DNA of 64,000 bases from a virus: IMG/VR virus record IMGVR_UViG_3300025840_000015, positions 1 through 64,000 of that record. One strand, written 5' to 3'. Below, piece after piece: positions 41,201 through 51,170 of the stretch. Each line of letters starts with the position of its first letter. The stretch's first letter is position 1. The position numbers and the translations under genes were made by a program. The notes beneath the pieces are model-generated. The model searched no databases. It saw only the letters and a list, made by a program, of their open reading frames with translations, and was not told the DNA's origin.

Positions 41201-44200
41201 AAACATTAAAACCATAACCAGACAATGAAGTATCTGATAGATCAAATACTAAATTATTATTCCTATAATTTGAAATTGGTGGATTTATTGAACTTATTAT
41301 CTGTAGATTTCCCCCAACAGATCCAAATGAAACTACAGTTGGTGGAGTTGAAATTGATTCTAAATATGTTTCTGACAATTTGATATTGTCATCATCAATT
41401 TTATATACGAAATATTCTCCAGTAGATAGTCCAGATATTACATTGTCTTCGGAGTCATAGAATATTTTTTGTCCGGTATGGAAATTATGTTGGTATATTG
41501 ATAATATATTATCAATATTGTTTACTTCTGAAGAAGTAAACTTGATTTCATTTATCAATAGATTTCCATCTTTATACTTAACTCTTATGGACGTGCTTGT
41601 TCCTATACCAACATTTAAATCTGGTCTAACATTTAATTTTACTTTATCACCAACTTGCAAATTATGAGAAGTTGAAATTGATACTGTGGTTGTAATTCTA
41701 TTAGAATCTGCAGTTATTTGATCCTCAACTGTAGTAAATTGATATCCATAATCATTTGAACCACCATCTAAGAAAAATAATCCATTCGAAAAAGTTGTAA
41801 GACCAACATTAGTTACAATTCCAATAAAATCAATTGATTTTTTAACAACATAAAATTCATTTACATCATCAGGGATATTAAATTCTGCATTTGTTTCAGG
41901 ACTTTTGACAGAAATTGGTAACGATGATGATTCTTTACTTAATATTATCTTGTCCGCAGTATTTAACTTATTATTTTGTAAAAGTATTGACTGTGATGGA
42001 ATAAATGTATTATAATTAGAATTTCCTATATTATAGGATACAGTAACGCCAAAACCAGTATTTACGCCTACAGAAAGGGCAATATTGGGATTGAAATATA
42101 AATTCCTAGATTTATTGGAAATAAATTTATCAACGGATTTTTCTATGGTAAAATAATCGGGCAAAAATTCTATATTAGCACCACTAGTATGTGCAGTTCC
42201 AGATACTGATCTTTCTACTTTTGCAATAGAAAATGTATTATAAAAATCTAGAATTTTAAATAATTCATCATCAATTCTTATGCTATTTCCAACTGATACA
42301 TTTTCTGGAATATAGCTCAAATATATGTCTGTAACTATTCCAGTAGTTGAATAATCACCGATAGATTCAAATAAGGTTGAATTTATAGTATCAAATTTAA
42401 CTTTATATGTATCATTTATTTTCAAACTATCAGTTGATAATCCACTAATTGTAATTATATCATCTACATTATATTCATGATATGGGAAAACATTGACTCT
42501 AATATAGTTTTTATCTTCCCATGAAAGAACTGAATTTGGATATGATATTAATTCTGTATCAATACTAGAAACTTCTTTTCCGGAAATTTCAGATACTTTT
42601 ACAAATGGTTTGTTTCTTAAATCTTCAACATCTTCAAAAACTACAGTATCATTTACTGAGTAATTATCTCCAGGTTCAATTATAGTCATTCCATCAATAC
42701 CACCGGTCGATATTGATTCTATTATAGATTCTTGATATGTTAATTTATTGGATTCTGATATAAAATCATTTGTTGAAAACTTATCACCAATTCCATATGG
42801 ATATGTATTTCTTAGTAATTTTGAACTATTAAAATCAAATGACTGATTTAAATTTTGATTTATTTTTAAATACTTCGATTTAAATTTATTTCCTATAAAA
42901 TATGGAAATTTTCCAATTATTCCTTCATCCACATTCAATTCGGTAGTTGCAAAATAAGCATAAACTCCATTTGGAAAATCTATAGTTTTTCCAAATCTAC
43001 CATTAAATTCATCTAAATCAGAATCTACAGAATATACATAGTCTTCTACAAAGTATCCTAAGGGGAAAATATCTTCAGAAGGTCTATTATCAATTGTAGT
43101 TAATTCGTAACCACTATTCAATAGTTTTATGTCGGAATTTATATCTTCTGGATCCGAATATCCATAAGATCCATAAATTGGATTTCCATCATATGCCCAT
43201 CCAATAATTTCTGAATGAGAACCATTAGTTCCACTAACATCATTTAATTTATTCTTAAGAGTATCTGAATAACTTACAACAGCATATTGCAAATTATTTC
43301 TACCTCTTATTAATAATTCTGATGATGGATCTCTATAGAAGTTATTCTGAATTCCATATCTAAAAGATATGTTTGGAGTTAGAGATCTTATATTTGCCCT
43401 TAAAACTGTTCCAGCACCAGGATTTAAAATGGTTACTGTAGTATCTGCTTGAGCATATCCACTTCCAGAATTCAGAACAGATACGCTGACAATTTTATTA
43501 TCTGAAAGTGTTGCTCTTAATACTGCACCAATTCCGGAACCATTCACTACCAAATCTGGAATTGAATAATAATTAGATCCTCCAAATAATACCTTAACAG
43601 AACTTATTTTTCCATCAACGATTACTGGATCAAGTATTGCACCAGAACCATTTTTAACTAAAATAGGTGGTCTATTATTAAAATTGAGACTATTTGATCC
43701 ATAGTCAGATCCACCATCATAAACATAAATCTGAGAGATTTCTCCTCTTATAATTGGAAATCCTTTCAATACAGTTTGAGTATTTCCAATTCCAGGAGAT
43801 GAATATCTAATATTAACACTAAATTCTGGATCACTGAAGATCTGATCACCAGATCCGGAATCGAATAATCTTGCCCTATATCTCCTCGAATAGTCGGTAA
43901 TATCTTTACCATCTTCACCAGCATATGCTAGTCCAAATGTATCATCATCAACTTTTAATACTCTATATTTGTCAGATGTTGATATTCCAGATATTGATGT
44001 TATTTCTGATTCGTAATTTACAATATCTCCATCAGAGAATCCATGATTTTTGTAGTTTATTGTGTTACTAAAAGTTGAAATTCCAGATGAAGATACTTTT
44101 AATCTTCTATTAGTATAATTAGAACCACCACTAACTACTAATATTTCAGATAGTTTATTTCTACCTGAAGATAAGAACTTATGAGTTCCCAAATCAGTTA

Positions 44201-47200
44201 CAGTTGTAAATCCTACTGGATTTAATTGTTGATAGTAGTTATTTAAACTATCATACAACTCAATTTTACTTCTATCCAATATTCTTGGATAGTATATTGC
44301 ATTATTAACTAATTTCTTAAATTCAAAAGCATTTACTGGAGTTCCATAATGATAAACTTTTCCAGTTCTTACTCCTGGTTCTCTTGCTCCAACTATAATT
44401 CTCCCACTTCCTATGGCAAGAGCAAATCCAAACTGATCTGATGCGGTAGAGTCTGTTGGAATTAATGTTGATAATAAATTTCCAGTAATATCATAAACAA
44501 AAACCTTTCCAGCAAAGGAATTGTAACCAAATGAAGATGTAACTATTCTTCCACTATTAATTTTGACATTTCTTCCCATATAATCTTGGGCAACACCAGC
44601 AGAATCTGTGAGTATATTCAACTCATTTCCTTCATAATCAAATAAGTAAATTGCACCTTTTTCTCCATCTCTATATGGAGCACCAACAGCGATTAAGTCT
44701 TCTTTTATACTTATTGAAGTTCCAAATCTATCTCCTATAGTAACACCACCACCAGATCCATCAGATGGAACAATCCTCCTAATAAAGTTTCCATTTACAT
44801 CATAAAGATATATTGCACCGATAAAATCAGCATAACCTACAGCACCAACGGCAATTAAATTATCGTTTATATCAACTGAAAAACCAAAGACTAAAGTAGC
44901 TTCTGGATCTGAAGGATATATTTTGTTTATTATATTTCCTTCTAAATCATAAATGTATGCAGCACCAGTTTGTAATCCATAATCATCATCATAACGAGAA
45001 CCAACTACAATTCTATCATTTCCAATAGCAATACTAAATCCAAATTGATCACCATCAGCAGCATCAAATGCCGTTATTTTACTCTTAAAATTGCCTTCAT
45101 AATCAAATAAGTATACAGCACCTCTACTTGTTGACTCAAATACTGCAGTAACTGCTATTACACCCTGTCCTATTGCAACTGCAGATCCAAACTGAGCATT
45201 GGTCTGCAAATCTGCTTCTGGGGCACTTAAAAGAATATATTCACTTCCATTTAAATCTGTAATGTATGCTTTACCAGCACCAGCATAAAGAGTAGCACCA
45301 ACAAATATTTCTGCTAAAGGGGCACCAATCACAACCTTATCAGAATCTATTGCTACAGATCCTCCAAATTGATCAAGACTAACTGCATCAAAAATATATT
45401 GATTTCTAAATGATGGTGTTGTGGTAGAATCTAATATTCTAGTTTTAATATTTACTTCAGAAAGTCCATTTGAGTTATATACAATTTCTTGACCATTAAT
45501 CAATCCATGGGCATTTTTAAAGGTTATGGTTCTTTCTTTTTTATCGATTCCTCCACCATCAGATACCAATCTAGTATCAAAATCAAGATTTCTTTCAACT
45601 TTTTCTACAACTGGTCTAAATTTTGCACCAGAACCGTTTCCACCATTAAATTCAATTGAAGTAATGTTATCAAAATCAAAGAAAGATTGGTCAATTAAAA
45701 TTTTATTTACTGATCCAGAAACTACTGGATAAAATTCTGCAGAACCATATGCAGGTTCGATCAGTGGTGGATTTGAAACATCATAATTGGATCCACCATT
45801 TAGAACATCTACACTTTCAATAGGTCCATAATAAACTTTATCATTAGTCTTATAACTGTAGATTTCTACACCATTTTTCAATATCCCTATTGGTCCAGGT
45901 TCAACTTCTGTTGGAAGACTACTATCAATAGTTTGGGATAGATTAATTTTATTTAATACTTTTTGTGGATACAATAATCCTTCTCTTTGATCAAAAAGAA
46001 CCAATCTATTTTCATTTTCTGGGAGAGTATCACCCAATGAAAGTCCAAAATATAAAAAGTCTTCGGAAGGAACATTAACTCCACTTTGATATAGTTTTAA
46101 ACTCTTTTTATCTTCTAATACTTCGACAAAATAAAATCCTTCTTCAAGATTAGTTATTGTCAGTGAAGGGTCTGGATAATAAAAAACTTTATCGCCAGTT
46201 AAGAATGAAATTGGAGTATCAAAGACGATAGTAGAATATTCTCTTTTAATTCCATCAAATCCACCAAACTTTTTAATCTTATACTCAAATGGTTTGATGT
46301 CTATTGGATATGATGGCAATGAGTTTGAAGCAATGTATGCAATATCAGAACCATCTTCATCATCAAAATATACATTTTGAATATCTGATGATATTACATC
46401 ATTTCCATATTTTACTGGAACATATTCTGAAGTTGCCTTATTCAGCAATCTTCTAGCATCATAAGTAAGATTTCTATTTAAATTTGATGTGCTTACACTT
46501 AAAGATATACTACCATCACTAGAAATTGATTGTATATTTACGTGCTCATACCCAGGAATTGCAAATTCAGTTCCTCTAGATAAGATTTCAACATAATCTC
46601 CAACTTTCAATGGAGTTTCTAAAACATTTGATGATATTCTTATCGTATTTCCACTATAAAAATTGATTTGATATCTTGAATTTGTATTATATACTAATGA
46701 ATTTGCAAATATCTCTTTCTTAGAAATTCCTTTAGTTACAATCTGACCAATACTTTCTGGATAAAGTGAGTCTCCAATTTCAAAATTGAAATCATCATTT
46801 TTTAAATCAAAATCTGAAAGGATTCCTGTAATTATAAAATCAACTCTTCTAGAGGTATCACCCTCTTCATAACCATAATAAGTATTGGTTCCGTAAATAA
46901 AATCAGTTTTATTTACAGTTACTGGGAAATCTCCATTAATATGGCATCCTAAAAATTGATTTACTGTTTTTTCAGTGTAGAAAATCTCAGTATTTCCTTT
47001 AAAGATACTTCCAGACTCTTCGAATCCTACAGTAGAATCTACAGTAATTGCAACTAAATCTGTATTCGATACTACTACAGTTTCTGAAACTCTACTATTT
47101 GTAGTGATATTGAAATTTCCGGTGATCGATGGATATGTATCATCATATCCTACAAATAAATTTAATCTATAATACTTGACTCCATTCTTGGTAAATGTAT

Positions 47201-48032
47201 CTATTTCAGATACAGATGCTGTTGTAAGATCATCTAAGTTCTTCAGAATAGTTTGACCTTCAAGGAGAGAAATGTCACCTGATATTGGTATTACAGTTAC
47301 TGATGATCTTTTTTTGTATGATGCATCAGATGGTTTAATTAGGAAATCTTCAAGATTGATTATACTTGGTGTTTCATTGTATAAGATATTAAACAGAATT
47401 CTAAAAGATTCATATGTTCCTTTAGATTCATAAAGACTTCTTGCCTCTTTTATAAAATTAGATACATTAAGTTCTACAGAAAAATCTAGGTCTTCTAGTC
47501 CTGGTGCCAAAGAAAACTTTAATTTTTTATAAAATTCTTTTAAAAATAGTGAGCTTAAATTCTTTACAGAACTATTTACAGTATGTGCAGATGCAGAAGA
47601 TTTTTCAAATACTAATTCTTCCTTATTGATTTCTTGATGGTAATCAGTAATACCACTAAATCCTCTTATACATCCAATAAATGAAGTCTCATCGGAATCA
47701 AGATAAGTGATAATTTCATTGTCAATTTTTAAAAGACCATATTTTTTTGGAAATGATTTTGTGCTTGATACATTGATAGTAGTTGACTGAGAAGTAATTG
47801 AAGTTGTTAAAGTTACTTCTCCAACAATAACCTCAGTAGTTAGATTATCTAACTTAATATATTGGTCCAGATTTTCTGCAATATCTACAGGACCACCTTG
47901 ATGTTCCTGCGAAATATAATATTGATTTAAGAATTCTACGAACTTTGGATTTTCATCTGCTATAAATTCTGGGAGTTGACTTCTTATTAAGTCTTGAATT
48001 TTTATTCTAGTATCAAAATTTGCTCTTTGCAT
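35232..48032 (-). CDS. gp7: Giant baseplate wedge initiator (gp7-like) with beta-repeat modules and an FG-GAP propeller insert
   Basis: 4266 aa between gp6 and gp8. QLPEFI, YESKGT..SFRILF, IGWAYDGNPIYG, DNDYYQKMSY..K..VHISG. Confidence 0.85.
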   Translation of the reverse strand: MQRANFDTRIKIQDLIRSQLPEFIADENPKFVEFLNQYYISQEHQGGPVDIAENLDQYIKLDNLTTEVIVGEVTLTTSITSQSTTINVSSTKSFPKKYGLLKIDNEIITYLDSDETSFIGCIRGFSGITDYHQEINKEELVFEKSSASAHTVNSSVKNLSSLFLKEFYKKLKFSLAPGLEDLDFSVELNVSNFIKEARSLYESKGTYESFRILFNILYNETPSIINLEDFLIKPSDASYKKRSSVTVIPISGDISLLEGQTILKNLDDLTTASVSEIDTFTKNGVKYYRLNLFVGYDDTYPSITGNFNITTNSRVSETVVVSNTDLVAITVDSTVGFEESGSIFKGNTEIFYTEKTVNQFLGCHINGDFPVTVNKTDFIYGTNTYYGYEEGDTSRRVDFIITGILSDFDLKNDDFNFEIGDSLYPESIGQIVTKGISKKEIFANSLVYNTNSRYQINFYSGNTIRISSNVLETPLKVGDYVEILSRGTEFAIPGYEHVNIQSISSDGSISLSVSTSNLNRNLTYDARRLLNKATSEYVPVKYGNDVISSDIQNVYFDDEDGSDIAYIASNSLPSYPIDIKPFEYKIKKFGGFDGIKREYSTIVFDTPISFLTGDKVFYYPDPSLTITNLEEGFYFVEVLEDKKSLKLYQSGVNVPSEDFLYFGLSLGDTLPENENRLVLFDQREGLLYPQKVLNKINLSQTIDSSLPTEVEPGPIGILKNGVEIYSYKTNDKVYYGPIESVDVLNGGSNYDVSNPPLIEPAYGSAEFYPVVSGSVNKILIDQSFFDFDNITSIEFNGGNGSGAKFRPVVEKVERNLDFDTRLVSDGGGIDKKERTITFKNAHGLINGQEIVYNSNGLSEVNIKTRILDSTTTPSFRNQYIFDAVSLDQFGGSVAIDSDKVVIGAPLAEIFVGATLYAGAGKAYITDLNGSEYILLSAPEADLQTNAQFGSAVAIGQGVIAVTAVFESTSRGAVYLFDYEGNFKSKITAFDAADGDQFGFSIAIGNDRIVVGSRYDDDYGLQTGAAYIYDLEGNIINKIYPSDPEATLVFGFSVDINDNLIAVGAVGYADFIGAIYLYDVNGNFIRRIVPSDGSGGGVTIGDRFGTSISIKEDLIAVGAPYRDGEKGAIYLFDYEGNELNILTDSAGVAQDYMGRNVKINSGRIVTSSFGYNSFAGKVFVYDITGNLLSTLIPTDSTASDQFGFALAIGSGRIIVGAREPGVRTGKVYHYGTPVNAFEFKKLVNNAIYYPRILDRSKIELYDSLNNYYQQLNPVGFTTVTDLGTHKFLSSGRNKLSEILVVSGGSNYTNRRLKVSSSGISTFSNTINYKNHGFSDGDIVNYESEITSISGISTSDKYRVLKVDDDTFGLAYAGEDGKDITDYSRRYRARLFDSGSGDQIFSDPEFSVNIRYSSPGIGNTQTVLKGFPIIRGEISQIYVYDGGSDYGSNSLNFNNRPPILVKNGSGAILDPVIVDGKISSVKVLFGGSNYYSIPDLVVNGSGIGAVLRATLSDNKIVSVSVLNSGSGYAQADTTVTILNPGAGTVLRANIRSLTPNISFRYGIQNNFYRDPSSELLIRGRNNLQYAVVSYSDTLKNKLNDVSGTNGSHSEIIGWAYDGNPIYGSYGYSDPEDINSDIKLLNSGYELTTIDNRPSEDIFPLGYFVEDYVYSVDSDLDEFNGRFGKTIDFPNGVYAYFATTELNVDEGIIGKFPYFIGNKFKSKYLKINQNLNQSFDFNSSKLLRNTYPYGIGDKFSTNDFISESNKLTYQESIIESISTGGIDGMTIIEPGDNYSVNDTVVFEDVEDLRNKPFVKVSEISGKEVSSIDTELISYPNSVLSWEDKNYIRVNVFPYHEYNVDDIITISGLSTDSLKINDTYKVKFDTINSTLFESIGDYSTTGIVTDIYLSYIPENVSVGNSIRIDDELFKILDFYNTFSIAKVERSVSGTAHTSGANIEFLPDYFTIEKSVDKFISNKSRNLYFNPNIALSVGVNTGFGVTVSYNIGNSNYNTFIPSQSILLQNNKLNTADKIILSKESSSLPISVKSPETNAEFNIPDDVNEFYVVKKSIDFIGIVTNVGLTTFSNGLFFLDGGSNDYGYQFTTVEDQITADSNRITTTVSISTSHNLQVGDKVKLNVRPDLNVGIGTSTSIRVKYKDGNLLINEIKFTSSEVNNIDNILSIYQHNFHTGQKIFYDSEDNVISGLSTGEYFVYKIDDDNIKLSETYLESISTPPTVVSFGSVGGNLQIISSINPPISNYRNNNLVFDLSDTSLSGYGFNVYTDDGYENVFNAIKDDGLFAVSGIGTVGVSTDAALILDYTDKTPAILYYNLTESGIPVSTTDKDVKQYSQITYKSSIYNGEFPIIGITDQSFDICIPRIPERLSYNSSDCDRLEYSTTSLSARGPIKKLFVVNQGYPLKNLPSFLSVSSSLGKGAFLVPTSKSIGKILSSRITNEGFDYSSDNTIRPVASVPKSLYLTNTNKINSVSVLNGGSDYSFAPILIIVDPQNGEVINSGFLDPIMSGSSISSVDINISPAGLPDGEVLIRSINNSNGVNIDRVEYSPSGTVTCTITTPIAGFSSPLFELGEKIYVEGIEKQSSDGTGFNSENYGYNFFTVSQYFDTNPVKVEFNISNYSNNPGTPKQVQEGSASIIKYDNYPRFSIDKSLSSFFEGENLLINRGNGFENSGLKVTKANTSNIRVLGNFTPKIGDILKGENTSSVGTVSYIKSSDAVYNSSWTIVKDLGWTFNTGKLSESFQVFSDNDYYQKMSYSVKSTKTWDEISSVINPLVHISGLKDFADVQITGKADSGISTESKTEFELKNSFFSELRVDRINDFDLAIDVNVTKNGSSDVSRSVKLNNTYLLDFVLCKSNRVLDIDDISDDFSSKNDKRKENETIISINSSNYYNKFLILSKDIISGKIQFNEIISLNDDESVYSLFKTQISNGENILESIIPSYDVNFNYILDAFPVDPDNSAISFKILKETFINDFVGSNSNELGCISLLSSNVEAESGISTSVYNLDTNDYSAVHSSIQILNDDKSKMNYVEIYVSHDGNDTFINQYYFDSEDGFSFSSLGQFEPSLDGGELSLNYTSNTEENLTIRSRSVAFGSTSLGIGTYRFLSENQPDGSERTALYQSQFDTITSGTGEVFSIDSNLFSAVKSTVKVSTGQTSSVHQVISLFDGSDVYVSEYPFLSARSEVGVGTFIGDFSLGQFKLSFKPYSYPDDVEIISFNQCFYKDYDEINQPLDLNYSPVNESLSLANYYGNNVDLGYKVDFEMNYKGSPIFAKSFDPSNTSVVDFSTNSFNIKDHLFNTGEELKYTPGSTFVGIGSSPIGIVETEDNVGVLTDLLPSTLYAIRDDNDTFRVATRKEYATAGYGVTFTSVGIGNYHQIEMVKKNEKSLISINNLVQSPISYTYISHVLANNSGQISAGATTFALSGISSIRPKDVLRIEDEYAIVENVGYGTESVGPITFSGNEPLVEVSRGSFGSKALSHLDGTNCQIYRGAYNINGNKIYFIDPPKGNNLDLVRASESNLSIDRDSFNGRVFLRKSYESNEVYDDISDQFTGIGQTFTLTAQGINTVGLGTSGGNGLVFINGVFQSPTTENNSDNNYIIEEDLNLGISSITFTGITFEENDFLSEIDINQNKLPRGGVIVSYGSTAGLGFAPLVGASVTAVLNSGSIISVGEQPSDEIGSGYYEIPSVEIIDPDHNGDDAIINAIVGAGGTLAFDVVFGGTGYVNPFINVGSPSYSNLSIIGVSRLSEGPTTDSGFGALITLDVGPSDSVGIGSTLYEVKGFNIVRNGYGFRRGDVFKPIGLVTDRNLSAPIYDFEITVVDTFSDEFSAIQIGELDYIDSLAPYQDGKRVRFPLIYRGENLTFETDELDEESELIDLNNVLVIFINGVLQEPIKSYQFNGGSTFTFTFPPKESDDVKVFFYRGTRGEDSLQFDIDETIQIGDTVQIVLNNEIENTKTQDERIVYSITSSDVFQTNIYQYVGIDDQNYKPLHWTKQKSDLILNNEELSKARRLKSSQVYPTANIISNFDANSTEIYVDDISLFDYEDETIINFDALVFTNAVGVGTTIPSKNYELISGVNNLEGFNASVTSISPTSGIGAADGIEFVISRDPFTFTNFTVGTVFYITETNVGQGVISLDNSGSNTLSISTSFVNNIYQVASFNSSTGTIVCNVDSGSNLSGITTSGTLNYPVGKLSWGRLSGFQRRSVDPLDIDIMGYTSSVGMTSDSYNSGLSTYPIIQRRNFGFRDSGALIV

Positions 48033-48033
48033 A

Positions 48034-49980
48034 TTATGACCTCGTTAAACTCCCGTTGGAATAGCTTGAACTATAATAATTTTTATTGAAAATGATTCCA
48101 GAATTATCTTCACCAGATGAAATGGTATCTTTAATCATATTTATTTTACTTTTTGAAATATCAAATGAAACATAAAGATCCTTTAATCCGAGAACATCAT
48201 TTGATTCTGGGAATGCTTGAATCTCAATAATATTATTTGTCAGTGCAGTTTCTGTAATGATAATATTATTAATTATAATTTCTCCAGTTTCATAATTAAC
48301 TGATCCTGCAGACTTAACAACAACAGTTGGTGCAAATTCATCTGAAGCATTTTCTTGTATTTCATTTGATGGTTTTACAATTGATAATACACCAGTCTTT
48401 TTATCTGAATTTGGTGTATCAGTAAAGTAAACAGTGTCAAGTTCATTCAAAATTTTAAATCCAGTTGATTTAATATTATACTTATCATTCACATGGAATT
48501 TATTACCAAAGCAAATTTCATATTGTGCAAATGTATTGATTAGAGCTTTTAAGTCTCTTCTAATAATTACCTTTGTAATATTGGATGTAATTGCAGAATC
48601 TGTATTATCAATAATCTGCAATACTTTACTATACTTGAATCTTCCACCAAATTTATTCAAATCTACTGATTTCGAATAAGAAGTTAGTGATGATATTACT
48701 TTACTATTCAGATCAGATACGTTAGAAATTCTATTAAAGTTATAATATACTGAACTATTAATTTCAACATATAGAATCTTAAGATCAACTATTTTCTGAT
48801 TAATTCCAGAAATGCTATATCTCTTAAGTTCTGATAGAATCTGCTCTTTATCAAAGTCAGATACAAACGTTCCATTTTTTGGTTTTATACTAATCAAAAC
48901 ATTTCCATATTGAGGAGGATCTAGTTCTTCTCCACCAACAACAGAAACAGATTCTGCATTCTTGTAGATTTTAGATTTTATAATAGTTTCATAGTCAGTG
49001 CTGGTTACTGCTCTATTTTGTGAAGAATATAATCTTGGTGCAAAATATCGAACAGAATCAATGCTTTCAATATCAGATCCATTAATTGATTTTCTATTTG
49101 TAGTTACATTAACCGTATTTGTTGGTATTGCAATATTATCTCTATCATCTCTCAAAGTTCCCGCAAATGAGAATGAATCTACTCCATTACCATCTTTACC
49201 CGATGTTATAATGTAATTTGCAGTTATTACATCTGCATTTTGAAGTTCTTTTCCAAATATACCATTACCAAACAGTAATTGATACTTTTCACCCTCTACT
49301 TCTTGTAGGAGATAAACTAAAGAGTTTCTATCAACATCGACAATATTTTCTACTAATCTATATTGATCACCAAGACCGACATCATTTGCTGATCTAACAT
49401 AAGTTCTTATAGTTGTTGAGTCAATAAAAGAGTTATCTAAAATAAATTTTTGATCTATGGAAGAATCTACTGTAAATCTTTTGGTTAAAAGTGTTCCTTC
49501 CTTAATATCAATATTATTAAATGATGCAACACCATTTGTTACTGTCGTTGTGATACTTTCACTAATTGAAAATACAAATGAAGAAGATCTTACAGTTCCT
49601 GTGCAAACTAGTCCAGGTCTTAATGTAAGTGTTGCAGGATAAATTGGAGTATTATCCGCAAGAAATTCTACCGGATCCACTTCAATATTGAAAGATACAT
49701 TTGCAGTTGCCGCTTTTCTTGAACTTGGAACATATCCAATATTTCTTGCAAGAGCAACAACGTTTTGCCTTAATGTTGCAGAGTCTAAAAAGGACTCATT
49801 AACAATCATACTGCTATTAAATGCAGTGATGTAGGTGTTGTATGCTAGTGTATCGATTAAAACTGAAAAATTAGATCCCTCAAAGTCAAAATCAGTAAAT
49901 GTTGAGTTTGCTCTAAGATAATCTTTGATGGAATCTCTTATTTGGTCGAAATCGAGATTTGTAAATTTGGTAAAAGGCAT
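48034..49980 (-). CDS. gp6: Baseplate wedge subunit
   Basis: LDFDQI, DFDFEGSN, ESFLDSATLR, QNRAVTSTDY. Confidence 0.96.
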   Translation of the reverse strand: MPFTKFTNLDFDQIRDSIKDYLRANSTFTDFDFEGSNFSVLIDTLAYNTYITAFNSSMIVNESFLDSATLRQNVVALARNIGYVPSSRKAATANVSFNIEVDPVEFLADNTPIYPATLTLRPGLVCTGTVRSSSFVFSISESITTTVTNGVASFNNIDIKEGTLLTKRFTVDSSIDQKFILDNSFIDSTTIRTYVRSANDVGLGDQYRLVENIVDVDRNSLVYLLQEVEGEKYQLLFGNGIFGKELQNADVITANYIITSGKDGNGVDSFSFAGTLRDDRDNIAIPTNTVNVTTNRKSINGSDIESIDSVRYFAPRLYSSQNRAVTSTDYETIIKSKIYKNAESVSVVGGEELDPPQYGNVLISIKPKNGTFVSDFDKEQILSELKRYSISGINQKIVDLKILYVEINSSVYYNFNRISNVSDLNSKVISSLTSYSKSVDLNKFGGRFKYSKVLQIIDNTDSAITSNITKVIIRRDLKALINTFAQYEICFGNKFHVNDKYNIKSTGFKILNELDTVYFTDTPNSDKKTGVLSIVKPSNEIQENASDEFAPTVVVKSAGSVNYETGEIIINNIIITETALTNNIIEIQAFPESNDVLGLKDLYVSFDISKSKINMIKDTISSGEDNSGIIFNKNYYSSSYSNGSLTRS

Positions 49981-49984
49981 TTTT

Positions 49985-50386
49985 TTATCTTGTTGCCTCT
50001 AGGATGAATGAGAACTGTTGTGTTGGAATTTCTTGTCCAATGACATCAAATATAATTGTAACTTCAAAAGTGTTTTCATCTGGTGATGGTTCCACTTCAA
50101 CATCGATATTTTCAACTCTTGGTTCATAATTTATGATAACTTCCTTTATTTTTTCCTGAATTTCAATGGCAGTTCCATAATCTACGAAGTCAAAGAGACT
50201 ACTCCTTACATCTGAACCAAGATCCGAGTTAAAAAAGCGCTCATTTTTCATTGTTTCAATCAAATTTCGAACCGAACGTATGATTGCATTACGATCTTTG
50301 ATAATTGGGATGTCTTTTGTTACCGGATGTGGATCAAAGGATAGACTAATATCTTTAAAAGATCTAGATACCCTAGTTACTGCCAT
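49985..50386 (-). CDS. gp25: Baseplate wedge / sheath initiator
   Basis: FKDISLSF, ERFFNSDLGS, NYEPRV. Confidence 0.95.
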   Translation of the reverse strand: MAVTRVSRSFKDISLSFDPHPVTKDIPIIKDRNAIIRSVRNLIETMKNERFFNSDLGSDVRSSLFDFVDYGTAIEIQEKIKEVIINYEPRVENIDVEVEPSPDENTFEVTIIFDVIGQEIPTQQFSFILEATR

Positions 50387-50423
50387 TTTTTAGAAAGTTT
50401 TTAAATATTTATCAACTATTTTC

Positions 50424-50765
50424 TCATCTATCCATCTGTCGATAACAGTAATTGTAAGAATCTAGGTATTTTAGCAGTTCAATTGCAATAATTCCGGGAT
50501 TTTTTTCGCCACAAGTGTAAATATCGATCGCTAAACAACCGTTTTCGGGCCAGGTGTGACAAGAAACATGACTTTCTGCAAGTGTAATGACGACTGTGCA
50601 ACCTTGTGGTATGAAACAATGTGAAAAAACGTTCAAAATGGTCATGCCAGAACGATTTATGCCGTCGATCATGACTTTTTTGAGCGAATCTATGTCATTT
50701 AATGTGTCAAATTTGACATCATATACCTCTAAGAGTATATGCTTACCCATGGAAATGTTTTTCAA
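50424..50765 (-). CDS. speD: S-adenosylmethionine decarboxylase proenzyme
   Basis: GKHILLE, F.PQGCT, LAE-SH.S.HTWPE pyruvoyl cleavage site, DIYTCG. The start may be the internal Met (MGKHILLE). Confidence 0.93.
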   Translation of the reverse strand: MKNISMGKHILLEVYDVKFDTLNDIDSLKKVMIDGINRSGMTILNVFSHCFIPQGCTVVITLAESHVSCHTWPENGCLAIDIYTCGEKNPGIIAIELLKYLDSYNYCYRQMDR

Positions 50766-50808
50766 TTCGATGATGCTCTAAAAATTTTATTTATTCTTGA
50801 TTTTGCAC

Positions 50809-50836
50809 AAAAAAATCCCCCCAAAAGGGAGGATTT
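50809..50836 (-). terminator. Probable intrinsic terminator upstream of speD
   Basis: Imperfect AAATCC..CCC / GGG..GGATTT hairpin followed by a T run on the minus strand. Confidence 0.6.
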
Positions 50837-50842
50837 GAAGAA

Positions 50843-50995
50843 TTATTTGCCTTGTCCCCGGTATTTTTTACGAGCTTTATTACGAGCGGTAGCGGCATAC
50901 TTGGTTCCATCACCATCTCCCTGACGAGTCTTCTTAGGAGGACCCGGAGAATATGAGGTTTTGTAGAGTCCACTGCCAACTTTTGATCTTGCCAT
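50843..50995 (-). CDS. 50-aa very basic protein
   Basis: Hand translation MARSKVGSGLYKTSYSPGPPKKTRQGDGDGTKYAATARNKARKKYRGQGK, GAGG upstream. Confidence 0.8.
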   Translation of the reverse strand: MARSKVGSGLYKTSYSPGPPKKTRQGDGDGTKYAATARNKARKKYRGQGK

Positions 50996-50999
50996 GATT

Positions 51000-51170
51000 T
51001 TAGTCCTCGATTAGTGTAATTTTTGTTTCAATAGAGTCGGGAGATGGACATCCTGTCTTATAAAATTGCTCTGAGAGGATGTCCATGGTGTCAAAATACT
51101 CATCTTCGGTCAGATTTGTGTATAAAACCTGACCATCACTGAGAATTGAGTATCTTTCTCTGTCTGTCAT
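51000..51170 (-). CDS. 56-aa acidic hypothetical protein
   Basis: Hand translation MTDRERYSILSDGQVLYTNLTEDEYFDTMDILSEQFYKTGCPSPDSIETKITLIED; TGATG coupling to the upstream gene. Confidence 0.75.
   Translation of the reverse strand: MTDRERYSILSDGQVLYTNLTEDEYFDTMDILSEQFYKTGCPSPDSIETKITLIED

Noticed and set aside
471-49642. Numerous 60-125 aa plus-strand and alternate-frame ORFs in the track
   Set aside because: All overlap well-identified minus-strand genes and show no motifs.
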